Positions 7,436 through 17,028 are shown, counted from the stretch's first letter. The stretch is DNA of 53,623 nt from Deltaproteobacteria bacterium (GCA_021827495.1 JAKAVN010000004.1:1-53623); one strand, 5' to 3'. Numbers and translations are program-made. Notes: generated by a model from the letters alone, not told the origin.

Positions 7436-9256
7436 TTAGTTGGCGTTTATATCCGATGCCGGCCGCGAGGCGCGATCCTCGAGCGGCAATCGGATGCGCG
7501 CGGAAGTGCCTTGGTTTACCTTGGACGCGACGTCGAGCGTACCACCATGAAGGTCAACCGCGCGCAGTGCCAGGGGCAAGCCCACGCCGTTGCCGTCCTG
7601 CTTGGTGGTGAAATAGAGCTGGAAGATATCGTCCAGATGCTCGGGCGCAATTCCCTGCCCGGTGTCCGAGATGGAAAGCTCCACCCAGCCATCGACCAGC
7701 GCGCTGGCCATGGTCAGCGTGCCCCCCTTGGGCATCGCGTCGATGGCGTTTTGCACGATATTACGCAACGCTTCCATCAGCACCGCATGGTCGGCCTTGA
7801 CGAACGCGGCCGCCGGATCAAGCCGGCATCTGACCTCGATCAGCGGATCGTTCACCCCCTTGGCCACTTCACGCATAAGATCGTTGGCAGCAACCCGCTC
7901 GATTTTCAACTGTCCGGGCCGCATGAAGCGCATCAGCGCTTCGATCACCAGATCGATCCGGCTCATCTCCTCGCGCACCGCGTTGACGCGGGCTTCGACC
8001 GGCCTGGATTGGCGCGCGTCCTGGCTGAGCAGTTCGAGCTCGAGCGTGATCGCGTTGAGCGGATTGCGAATCTGATGGGCGACGCCGGAGAACAGCCCGC
8101 CGAGGCGCGCCAGGCGCTCTGAATTATCGACCACGCTTTCGAGCTGCTGAACCGGATCGAGATCGCGCACGATTACCATCTGCCCGGCGCGCGCGGGATC
8201 GCCGCCCAGCGGAAAGATTGAAACCAGCAGGCGCGACTTGTCCTTGCCGCGGCCTTCCTCGATCGCCACGTCGCGCAGCTCCGCGTTCGCCGCCCGCGCC
8301 GTGCGCACGACGGTGACCAGCGGATGGCGCTCGCCGATCAGCGCGGCGAGCGCCTTGCCCTGCGCGAGGCCGCCGGCCGGAAGTCCAAGGCGGTCCTGCG
8401 CATCGTGGTTGGAGAAGCGCACGATGCCGTCGCGGTCGAGCAACAGCACGGCGTCGTCGATCGAGCGAAAAATGTTGATGAAACGGCCGCGTTCGTCCTC
8501 CCACTGCACCCGGTCGGAGCGGACGCGATGCGACAGCTCGTTGAACTTCCTGGCCAGCGCGCTCAACTCGTCACGGCCGCGGATCAGCAAGTTGCCGGTA
8601 TCGCGGCCTGCGGCCAGCCGTTCAACCCCGGCGGTAATCGCGGCGACCGGCGCCAGCAACAGCGCGCCCGACAGCAGCGCGCCCAGCAGGCTCATCAGGA
8701 TGACCGCGGCCGCGACCAGCAGCACGTCGGCCACCGCGCGGTGAACCTCGGCGGCGACGAGCGCCGTCGACAGGCCGACCTTGATCAGCGCGAACGGCCG
8801 CTGGTTGATTTCGACCGGACTGCTGATCTCGTATACGTGGTCGCCCCACAGCGGACGGATTCGCGCGAGCGGCGACCATTGTTTGGCCGCCCGCTGCAGC
8901 TCCTCGAACGGGCGCGGCGGCGGGACGCTCACCGCATCACCGCTGGTTCCGGCCACCATCTCGCCGCCGAGGGTCACCACTCGCGCGTACACCACGGCCT
9001 TGCCGAAAGCGCGCGAGGAGGAAAGGAAGGCGGCGAGCGATGGATCCTCGCGCAGGCGCGCCACCGGGTCGCCCTGGCTATGCTCCAGCGTGGTACGAAT
9101 CTGCTCGAAGGTCTGGTTGACCAGCACGCTGCCCGAGTCGTTAAGGCTGTCGACCAACACGCGCGTCGCATGGTCGATCTCGGTGGCGCTGACCGCCAGT
9201 ACCGCGAGCACCAGCAGCGGGACGAAGATAGCGGCGATCTTGGTGCGCAGGCCCAT
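7436..9256 (-). CDS. Membrane sensor histidine kinase (2 TM, HAMP, PAS-like, HisKA, HATPase)
   Basis: HAMP (GRDELSALARKFNEL), H-box GVAHQIRNPL, N-box NIVQNAIDAM, G1 DTGQGI, FTTK and G2 GNGVGL. Confidence 0.93.
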   Translation of the reverse strand: MGLRTKIAAIFVPLLVLAVLAVSATEIDHATRVLVDSLNDSGSVLVNQTFEQIRTTLEHSQGDPVARLREDPSLAAFLSSSRAFGKAVVYARVVTLGGEMVAGTSGDAVSVPPPRPFEELQRAAKQWSPLARIRPLWGDHVYEISSPVEINQRPFALIKVGLSTALVAAEVHRAVADVLLVAAAVILMSLLGALLSGALLLAPVAAITAGVERLAAGRDTGNLLIRGRDELSALARKFNELSHRVRSDRVQWEDERGRFINIFRSIDDAVLLLDRDGIVRFSNHDAQDRLGLPAGGLAQGKALAALIGERHPLVTVVRTARAANAELRDVAIEEGRGKDKSRLLVSIFPLGGDPARAGQMVIVRDLDPVQQLESVVDNSERLARLGGLFSGVAHQIRNPLNAITLELELLSQDARQSRPVEARVNAVREEMSRIDLVIEALMRFMRPGQLKIERVAANDLMREVAKGVNDPLIEVRCRLDPAAAFVKADHAVLMEALRNIVQNAIDAMPKGGTLTMASALVDGWVELSISDTGQGIAPEHLDDIFQLYFTTKQDGNGVGLPLALRAVDLHGGTLDVASKVNQGTSARIRLPLEDRASRPASDINAN

Positions 9257-9293
9257 AGCCGGGATCCCCGATCAACGCGCGGCCATCGAGCGC

Positions 9294-10769
<1,476 letters not shown>

Positions 10770-10785
10770 AGGTGACACTCGCGAT

Positions 10786-11094
10786 CTATAGAATGAGGCC
10801 CAGGGCATCGCCGATGAGCCTGAACGGCAACAGGATTATCGTCCCGATCGCGTGCGCCGTTGCGCCCAAGACACTGTCAGGCTCGTTCGACTGGGTCGTG
10901 GTCGTAGTGGTGGTCGTGGTCGGAGCCGGGGAATTTTCGGTTGCCGGATCGCCAGAGTCGGTCGTTACTGCTCCACCGTCGGTCCTGCTCACGCTGGTTG
11001 TCGTCGTGGTTCTTTCGCCGCTCGAACATCCCTGGGCCAGCACAACCGCACAGGATGCCAATGCGGCGGCGAATAACACTGCAAGCCGCTTCAT
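10786..11094 (-). CDS. Small Thr-rich hypothetical lipoprotein
   Basis: SD gaggagga; signal peptide with lipobox LAQGC; runs TTTTTSVS and APTTTTTTTTTQS; hydrophobic C-terminus (IGTIILLPFRLIGDALGLIL). Ends 17 nt before the response regulator start. Confidence 0.75.
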   Translation of the reverse strand: MKRLAVLFAAALASCAVVLAQGCSSGERTTTTTSVSRTDGGAVTTDSGDPATENSPAPTTTTTTTTTQSNEPDSVLGATAHAIGTIILLPFRLIGDALGLIL

Positions 11095-11319
11095 CCCAGA
11101 TCCTCCTCAATGGATCTTTGCACGCCCCGCCGCGCCGGCCCGCGCGTTGGATCGCTAACGGCTATAATATCATGGTCGGCACGAATGCTAACAGGGTCGC
11201 CTGCGATCCGGCCACTACGCCGGTTTATCGAGATTCGCGGGCGCTGTCGCGCGGGTGGCCGTTGCCCGCACGAAACTGAATCTCGAACGTTACCGTGCCG
11301 ATCTCGCTAACCAAGCCGC

Positions 11320-11358
11320 TTGACGTGCTCCCGGCCTGACTATACTATCCGTATAGTC
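11320..11358 (+). promoter_or_regulatory. Sigma70-like promoter overlapped by a palindromic operator, directly before the HTH gene
   Basis: TTGACG (11320) -17 nt- TACTAT (11343). The inverted repeat gactatac-N5-gtatagtc (11338-11358) abuts the GTG start at 11359. Confidence 0.6.
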
Positions 11359-11550
11359 GTGACCGGGCGAGAACTCCATTCCATCAGGCGGAAGCTCGCG
11401 CTTACACAAGCTGCCCTGGCCGAGGCTATCGGAGTAACCTCGAACACCGTGGCGCGATGGGAGCGCGGCGAGATGGCGATCTCCGAACCGGCCGCCAGAC
11501 TCCTCCAGAAAATCGCCGCTGAACAGCGGTCGCGGACCGGGAAGAGGTGA
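11359..11550 (+). CDS. XRE/Cro-C1 family helix-turn-helix protein
   Basis: ELHSIRRKLALTQAALAEAIGVTSNTVARWERGE is a canonical HTH_3 pattern. Probable GTG start with no obvious SD. Confidence 0.85.
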   Translation: MTGRELHSIRRKLALTQAALAEAIGVTSNTVARWERGEMAISEPAARLLQKIAAEQRSRTGKR

Positions 11551-11557
11551 GGGCGCT

Positions 11558-11758
11558 ATGGCTTCGATCAAACGGACCATCAGGACGATGCAAGGGCCAG
11601 AATTGCGAATGCCCGGGCGGCTTGATTATTGCCGGATGGGAACCTACGGCCCGCGACGGCGCTTGTTTTTCCAGACCAGGAAGGCTGAGTTGTTCGCGTT
11701 ACCACCGCCCCGGAAACCGGAAAAAAGTGGCCACTCGAACGGTCACGCGGCGAGCTGA
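11558..11758 (+). CDS. Short hypothetical ORF, possibly a remnant of an integrative element gene
   Basis: 66-aa ORF directly after the HTH gene. No recognisable domain. Ends 30 nt before tRNA-Ser. Confidence 0.3.
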   Translation: MASIKRTIRTMQGPELRMPGRLDYCRMGTYGPRRRLFFQTRKAELFALPPPRKPEKSGHSNGHAAS

Positions 11759-11788
11759 AATCGTGTAAGTGCTTGATTTATAAGCCTT

Positions 11789-11875
11789 GGAGGGGTGGCC
11801 GAGCGGTTGAAGGCACCGGTCTTGAAAACCGGCAGCGGCGCAAGTCGCTCGTGGGTTCGAATCCCACCCCCTCCG
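11789..11875 (+). tRNA. tRNA-Ser (anticodon TGA)
   Basis: Acceptor stem GGAGGGG/CCCCTCC plus discriminator G; D-arm TGGCCGAGCGGTTGAAGG; anticodon stem ccggt-cttgaaa-accgg; long variable arm agcggc-gcaa-gtcgct; T-loop GGTTCGAATCC. CCA not encoded. Confidence 0.97.
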
Positions 11876-12042
11876 TTCCTGAGTCCTCGACCTTGAGAAG
11901 TATCCGGCGAAGTCTGCGGCGCTTCGTGATGGATTCATGCTTGTACTCGCGCGCGATGCGCGCGCTCGCCAAGGCCAGTTTCGCTCCGCTCCACGTTATC
12001 CAGGCAATTGATGCAAAGATGCGGGATCGCGTAAGCCATGGC

Positions 12043-12417
12043 TCAAGCAATCGCGGTCGTCAGCAGAACGATGCTTTCCTCGAGGGCTTCAAGTTCGTGA
12101 ACGACGTTACGGTCAAGCGCCCCCATGCTCCCGGACGAGAGTTTCTTATCTTCGCTTTCAGCGGAGAAGCGCACCGAGCCGGATAGCACGTGAACCGCGA
12201 TTGGCCCTCGCGTGCGATGTTTTGCCAGCCGCGCGCCCTTTTTGAGCACCATCAGCAGAATGTTGAGGGCGTCGTCCTTAACCAGGCTCACCGCCAGACG
12301 ATCTTCCGACGACCACTCCGGCTTTGCTTTAAGGCGGGCGGCCTCGTCCATAACGTGGAATGACACCATCCCACCCGCAGACGGCCGGAGCGCTTGCCTA
12401 CTGCTTTGTTCGGTCAT
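12043..12417 (-). CDS. Cupin domain protein
   Basis: Cupin pattern LKKGARLAKHRTRGPIAVHVLSGSVRF...VVHELEALEES with conserved His residues. Start ATG 12417. Confidence 0.8.
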   Translation of the reverse strand: MTEQSSRQALRPSAGGMVSFHVMDEAARLKAKPEWSSEDRLAVSLVKDDALNILLMVLKKGARLAKHRTRGPIAVHVLSGSVRFSAESEDKKLSSGSMGALDRNVVHELEALEESIVLLTTAIA

Positions 12418-12632
12418 ATCCGTGCCGCCTGAATTCCTGCGTTGCTCGCGTCCACCCAGCAAACCGCCATCATCGGCCCACGGCAGCAGGCCGCGCTGGT
12501 CGAGCCACAGTCATCCGAAATGGTTATCAGCGATCCAACGCCTGCATCCGGCGAAGCACGGCCGAGGACAACCGCCAGCGTCGACGCCTTGACAGCTTGA
12601 TTATCTAATCGTGCAGGTTCTCCGGTTGCCAT
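12414..12632 (-). CDS. Small Cys-containing hypothetical protein
   Basis: 72-aa ORF with a GGGGGTGA SD-like site. Its stop overlaps the cupin start (ATGA coupling). No known domain. Confidence 0.3.
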   Translation of the reverse strand: MATGEPARLDNQAVKASTLAVVLGRASPDAGVGSLITISDDCGSTSAACCRGPMMAVCWVDASNAGIQAARI

Positions 12633-12799
12633 GATTCACCCCCGTTCAGCACGGATGCCGCAGCGCGTTTTCAGAGCTCCGCGAGCGGAAAAACGTCTGG
12701 TTCACGAAGTTCCTGACAACAACTCACCGACAGAACTTTCTGCTCCCGCCGCGCGCGCATCGGTCCACCCTCGACCAGGCCTCCAACGAGCATTCCTGC

Positions 12800-13102
12800 C
12801 TACAGCCAACCGAGCTGGCGTTTCCCCTTTTCGGAGATCATCCGGGGCGACCATGGTGGCTCCCAGACCAGTTCGACGTTTACCTTCTCGACCTCATCGC
12901 ACTGGCTCAGAATCGCCTCGCGCGCCTCCTCGGTCAGATACGAATGCATGGGGCACGCCGGCGTCGTCATCGTCATCGCGATGCGCACGTCGCCGCCTTG
13001 AATTTCCGTGCTATAGACGAGGCCAAGATCGACGATGTTGACGCCGACCTCCGGATCGTTGACTCCACGCAAGGCCTGCAGGATGTCCGCTTGACTCGCC
13101 AT
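12800..13102 (-). CDS. Metal-sulfur cluster assembly factor (SufT/PaaD, DUF59)
   Basis: ALRGVNDPEVGVNIVDLGLVY...MTMTTPACPM...ELVWEPPWSPRMIS is the DUF59 signature. Confidence 0.92.
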   Translation of the reverse strand: MASQADILQALRGVNDPEVGVNIVDLGLVYSTEIQGGDVRIAMTMTTPACPMHSYLTEEAREAILSQCDEVEKVNVELVWEPPWSPRMISEKGKRQLGWL

Positions 13103-13153
13103 GATTATTCTCCGAGCTTGAAGCTCCGGCGTCGTCACCGGAAGCAGCGCGCG

Positions 13154-13879
13154 CTAGTGTGCGCTCCGCCGTCCGATCCGAACCCGCCAGACCTCCGGTC
13201 CCTGTTCGAGGTAATCCCATGAAAACTGGCCGGTATGTTCCGCCTGGAACTGGTAGTAGAGCGGACGCGGATCGTGGTCGTTGATCAAAACAAACGCCGC
13301 GTCTGGCTCGAGCGCCGTGAAGGCGTCGAAGATGAGCGTGTGACGCTCGCGAGGAACGACGTTACGCACGTCCAGTGGACGATCAATCGGCATTTTCTTT
13401 TCCTCCTCGTAGGATTCGTGAATTGCTTCCAGTACTTGACGCTGATGCGTCTCGCCGAGATGTTTTTCAATCAGTGGCAGATAGACGCGCTCTTCCTTGG
13501 CGAGATGAAGTTCAAAGATCGCGTCGAGCCGGAGCGACAGTTCCCGCAGCTCCCGCAGCAGCAGCGCCCGCTCGCTGTCATCCGCACGCTGGAGCCGATG
13601 CGTTACAAGCTCAATCTTTGCGGCGTAGTCATTGATGAATTCGTGGTCGACCATCATGGTCGCCGTCGCTTTGCCGTGCTCCCGAACGAGTGAATCGACA
13701 GCGCCGTAAAGGTGGCGCTCTTCGCCGCGCGCGTGAGGCAACAGGTCGCCTTTGAGAAACGCCACGAACGAATCGTGTGCGCTCTGCGGCTCGCCATCGC
13801 CTATCCCGCGCGCATACGCCTCCAGCGTCCTGGCCAAAGATTGATGATGCTTGCGGATTGCTTCAGAAAGCGTGCTCAT
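13154..13879 (-). CDS. Hemerythrin-domain protein fused to C-terminal DUF2249
   Basis: Hemerythrin ligand pattern (KHHQ, PHARGEE, VDHE, LHLAKEE) followed by LDVRNVVPRERHTLIFDAF...LINDHDPRPLYYQF...YLEQGPEVWRVRI (DUF2249). Confidence 0.88.
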   Translation of the reverse strand: MSTLSEAIRKHHQSLARTLEAYARGIGDGEPQSAHDSFVAFLKGDLLPHARGEERHLYGAVDSLVREHGKATATMMVDHEFINDYAAKIELVTHRLQRADDSERALLLRELRELSLRLDAIFELHLAKEERVYLPLIEKHLGETHQRQVLEAIHESYEEEKKMPIDRPLDVRNVVPRERHTLIFDAFTALEPDAAFVLINDHDPRPLYYQFQAEHTGQFSWDYLEQGPEVWRVRIGRRSAH

Positions 13880-13945
13880 GACACATTTCCTTTCCCGGCC
13901 TTAACGCGCCAGGCTGGACCTGCGCGCTTGACGGGCCGCCGCTAT

Positions 13946-13968
13946 AAGATGTATTCACTATACAGCTT
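13946..13968. promoter_or_regulatory. NsrR-type operator between the divergent hemerythrin operon and the Rrf2 regulator
   Basis: aaGATGTATtcactATACAGCtt matches the known gATGYAT-N5-ATRCATc NsrR box with one mismatch. A TTGACG hexamer lies at 13928. Confidence 0.75.
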
Positions 13969-14059
13969 TTAAGACGATGGTCAAGAACAACAAGGTCTTC
14001 AGCCACGCGGAAGAGAGGGACTTTTTGTCGCTCATCCAGGCCTTTGAAACCTAGCCGCC

Positions 14060-14506
14060 ATGCAGCTCACCTATTACACCGATTATTCCCTGCGGGTCCT
14101 GATGTATCTCGCCATTCAACGCGGCCGCATCGCCAACATCTCGGAAATCGCCGAGCGTTTTGGCATTTCGCGCAACCATCTGGTCAAGGTCGTACATAAC
14201 CTTGCGCGCGGCGGATTCATCAAAAGCTATCGCGGCAAGGGCGGCGGCATCGAGCTGGCGCGTGATCCCGGCCAGATCAATATCGGCGAAGTTGTTCGCT
14301 ACACCGAGGGGCCGCTTAAGCCCGTCGAGTGCTTCGATGTCGAACGGAATCGCTGCGTTATCGCGAGTGTCTGCGGCTTGGCGGACGTGATCGCGGAGGC
14401 CTGCGAGAGCTTCTTCGCCATCCTCGATCGCTGCACCTTGGCCGATCTCGTCAAGCGCCGTGAACGCCTGAGCAAAGTACTCGCCCCGCGTCCAAGCCTC
14501 AACTGA
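14060..14506 (+). CDS. nsrR: Rrf2 family transcriptional regulator, NsrR-like (NO-sensing, Fe-S)
   Basis: MQLTYYTDYSLRVLMYLA start; ISRNHLVKVVHNL; RGKGGGIEL; three Cys in VECFDVERNRCVIASVC; adjacent NsrR box. Confidence 0.82.
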   Translation: MQLTYYTDYSLRVLMYLAIQRGRIANISEIAERFGISRNHLVKVVHNLARGGFIKSYRGKGGGIELARDPGQINIGEVVRYTEGPLKPVECFDVERNRCVIASVCGLADVIAEACESFFAILDRCTLADLVKRRERLSKVLAPRPSLN

Positions 14507-14864
14507 ACCGCGTCATCAAACCGCCGCCGTTTTCATTCCCGCACCCGATCCACAACTGTCGGTAACAGATCGATCCGCTCAAATCAAATTCTGACCAAGC
14601 CTCGACCAATCGATGATCTTCGTTATTGATATAACCAAATGCCGGAATGTTCCAGTAGCTTAGGGTATCGCACCTAATGTAGTCTAATTTAGTCGGGATC
14701 GACATAGAAAGCCGGGACCGAAGTTGATCCGGCCCAAGGTGGCCCCTGCCGCTCGCGCTTGACCACTTTTCGCTAGACCAACCTAATGCGCCCGCAAGCA
14801 AGGCCTGAACGAGGTCCGTAGGTATCTTCCCATTTGCTGTGGGAAGCGCTGTGAGGCAACAAAA

Positions 14865-15143
14865 GTGGCAATTGATGATGATGCAGAAACTCCCGTGGCG
14901 GAAACCGAACCAGTAAAATCGGCGCTGATGGCTGAGTTGACTTGGGCCAGGCTATACACAAAGGCAATGCACAAGGATCTAGGCGAGATTTCTACGGCTA
15001 TTAGTAAGAGTCAGCCGGCTACCGCCGGACCGGAAATGAAGAAAGGCGCGGAGAAATTACACGATCAGCTGCGGAGCGCGCATCGCACTGTAGGCGAACT
15101 CAGCGACCATGCTGGCATTAGGCGCGTGCCAGTCAAAAAATGA
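14865..15143 (+). CDS. Hypothetical protein (92 aa, predicted helical)
   Basis: Clean ORF with protein-like composition in a locally more AT-rich stretch. No recognised domain. Confidence 0.45.
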   Translation: MAIDDDAETPVAETEPVKSALMAELTWARLYTKAMHKDLGEISTAISKSQPATAGPEMKKGAEKLHDQLRSAHRTVGELSDHAGIRRVPVKK

Positions 15144-15309
15144 CCAGCGGCGGTCCCGGCGGTAGCCCGAGCCGCGCGGGCTTGCGATGACCGAGGCGAT
15201 GGCGTGTGGTACTCCTGTGAGAGCGAGGCCCTGTGGCTCCGTGCCGGAGGTGCTACGCCCGGGCGTTATGGACGCTCAGTTGCAGATCAATCTGACCAAC
15301 CCCGACCTA

Positions 15310-15444
15310 CTCGAGTGGATTGAGCGATAGGGCGATCTCGCCGGCGACTTGGAATCCTTCCGCGAAACGCCGCGCGGCGTCGCCAATCATGGATGGAAAG
15401 ACTCTTGCGACCCCATCTGGCATTCGGACGGCACCCCGGCGGCC
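15310..15444 (+). pseudogene. Remnant of an amylo-alpha-1,6-glucosidase (glycogen debranching enzyme)
   Basis: Reads LEWIER*GDLAGDLESFRETPRGVANHGWKDSCDPIWHSDGTPA, matching the family motif LEWIDxYGDxDGDG..EY..RSPxGLxNQGWKDS..I.H.DG. There is an in-frame TAG at 15328, and no flanking gene body. Confidence 0.7.
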
Positions 15445-15547
15445 GGGTTGAGAGAGCGCTTACAACTGTCGGCAATAGTCTTTCTGTCCCAAGGGAAAAC
15501 CTCAGTCACCGGTCCGGCATCCATTGGGCGGTCGGATGAGAGGCGCC

Positions 15548-16576
15548 ATGATGCGGCACACGAAACTTGGAAAAAGCGGACTCACCATCTCGCGCATCGG
15601 CCTGGGATGCATGAGCTATGGCGACAAGCAGTCGCGCGAATGGCTGCTGAGCGAAGCCGAGGCGCGCGATCACTTCGCCCGTGCCTTGGAGGCGGGGATC
15701 AATTTTTTCGACACCGCCGACGTTTATTCCCTCGGCGCGAGCGAGCGGATAACCGGACGCTGGTTGGGCGAGATGGCCAAGCGCGACGATATCGTGGTCG
15801 CGACCAAGGTCTACGGCGCAATGGGCGGAGCCGGCCCGCACGGGTCCGCGCCTAATCGCAGCGGACTTGGCCGCAAGCACATCATCGAGGCCTGCGAGGC
15901 ATCGCTTAAGCGCCTGCGGATGGATTACATCGACCTCTACCAGATCCATCGCTGGGACTTCGGCACGCCGATCGAGGAAACCCTCGATGCGCTCGATGCG
16001 CTGGTGCGGGCCGGCAAGGTCCGCTACCTGGGCGCCAGCAGCATGGCGGCTTGGCAGTTCGCCAAGGCGCTGTTCATTGCCCGCGAAAACGGATGGCATC
16101 GGTTCGTCTCGATGCAGAATCATTACAACCTGGCCTACCGTGAGGAGGAGCGGGAGATGATCCCGTTGTGCATCGATCAGGGCGTAGGCCTGATTCCGTG
16201 GAGCCCGCTGGCGCGCGGCTTCCTGTCGCGCCCGCGCGAGGGCGCCAGCGCCGAGACGACTGCGCGGGCGCGCGACGACAAGTTTGCGCGATCGGTAGAG
16301 TACCAGCAATGTGACTTCGACGTGCTGGACGCGGTCAGCCAGGTCGCGAGAGCGCGCGGCGTCACCAACTCGCAGGTTGCGCTCGCCTGGGTCCTGCAGG
16401 CGCCTGGCGTCGACGCGCCGATCATCGGCAGTACCAAGCTGGCGCATTTGGACGAGGCGATCGCCGCGCTCGACCTGAAGCTGACGCGCGAAGAGGCCGC
16501 GGCGCTCGAGAAGCCCTATCGCCCCCATTCGATCCTGGGACACGAACAGCCCAAGCCCTCCCGCATGAGCAGATAG
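15548..16576 (+). CDS. Aldo/keto reductase
   Basis: LGKSGLTISRIGLGCMS, FFDTADVYSLG, VVATKV, IDLYQIHRWD, QNHYNL, PWSPLARG and PIIGST motifs. Confidence 0.95.
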   Translation: MMRHTKLGKSGLTISRIGLGCMSYGDKQSREWLLSEAEARDHFARALEAGINFFDTADVYSLGASERITGRWLGEMAKRDDIVVATKVYGAMGGAGPHGSAPNRSGLGRKHIIEACEASLKRLRMDYIDLYQIHRWDFGTPIEETLDALDALVRAGKVRYLGASSMAAWQFAKALFIARENGWHRFVSMQNHYNLAYREEEREMIPLCIDQGVGLIPWSPLARGFLSRPREGASAETTARARDDKFARSVEYQQCDFDVLDAVSQVARARGVTNSQVALAWVLQAPGVDAPIIGSTKLAHLDEAIAALDLKLTREEAAALEKPYRPHSILGHEQPKPSRMSR

Positions 16577-16724
16577 CGGAGCGCGCGCGTTGCGCACGCG
16601 GGCGGTGCGCAGGAGCGCGTGGTGGCCTGTTGCTCCAACTATCGGGCCCCAACGCGTCCACAGGGTTCCGCATTCTCACCGGTGCGGGTTTCCGGCCAAG
16701 GCCACGTCCATCCAAGGCTGTTGC

Positions 16725-16800
16725 GGCAACGCTCTACCGTGACCGCCATAAATTTGCCTTCTGTGCCATAAAGCGAACGGCGTTGGCGCTGCGTTTTGCC
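16725..16800. promoter_or_regulatory. Candidate enhancer sites upstream of the rfaH sigma54 promoter
   Basis: ggcaacgctctacc (16725-16738), ccataaatttgcc (16746-16758) and a TTTGCC half-site (16795-16800) resemble the GGwAA-n-TTTrCC boxes at 5140-5175. Confidence 0.35.
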
Positions 16801-16886
16801 GCGATTTTTCGCTCTTGGCGTGTCTTTTGTCGTTCTTCGATTATCCTCGAACAACATTCTTCGACGTAATCTCTCCCGGGCGCCGA

Positions 16887-16902
16887 TGGCATAAAAGCTG
16901 CT
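16887..16902 (+). promoter_or_regulatory. Sigma54 (-24/-12) promoter upstream of the rfaH-like gene
   Basis: TGGCATAaaagCTGCT has GG at 16888-16889 and GC at 16900-16901 (exact 12-nt offset). About 130 nt before ATG 17029. Confidence 0.7.
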
Positions 16903-17028
16903 CCTCCGTCCGGCGGTCGGAGGAGTTGTTAGTAGTTCCGCGCATCAGCCGGCGGCTCGGACAGAAACCGGAATGCGCGATCTGAAAACCCGGCTGACGG
17001 ATTTGCGAGAGGAAGAAGGGCGGGAATT

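Noticed and set aside
14625-14640. TTGAT-N4 FNR/CRP-like half-site downstream of nsrR
   Set aside because: The second half-site (CCAAA) deviates from ATCAA, and no clearly associated gene start follows.
15158-15169. GGCGGTAG ops-like core after the orphan ORF
   Set aside because: Followed by CCCG rather than nnTG, and not upstream of a long operon. GGCGGTAG occurs by chance in GC-rich DNA.
11876-17000. Searched for a duplicated tRNA-Ser 3' end marking a classical island boundary
   Set aside because: No attR-like copy of ttcgaatcccaccccctcc was seen downstream within the window, and no integrase gene is present.
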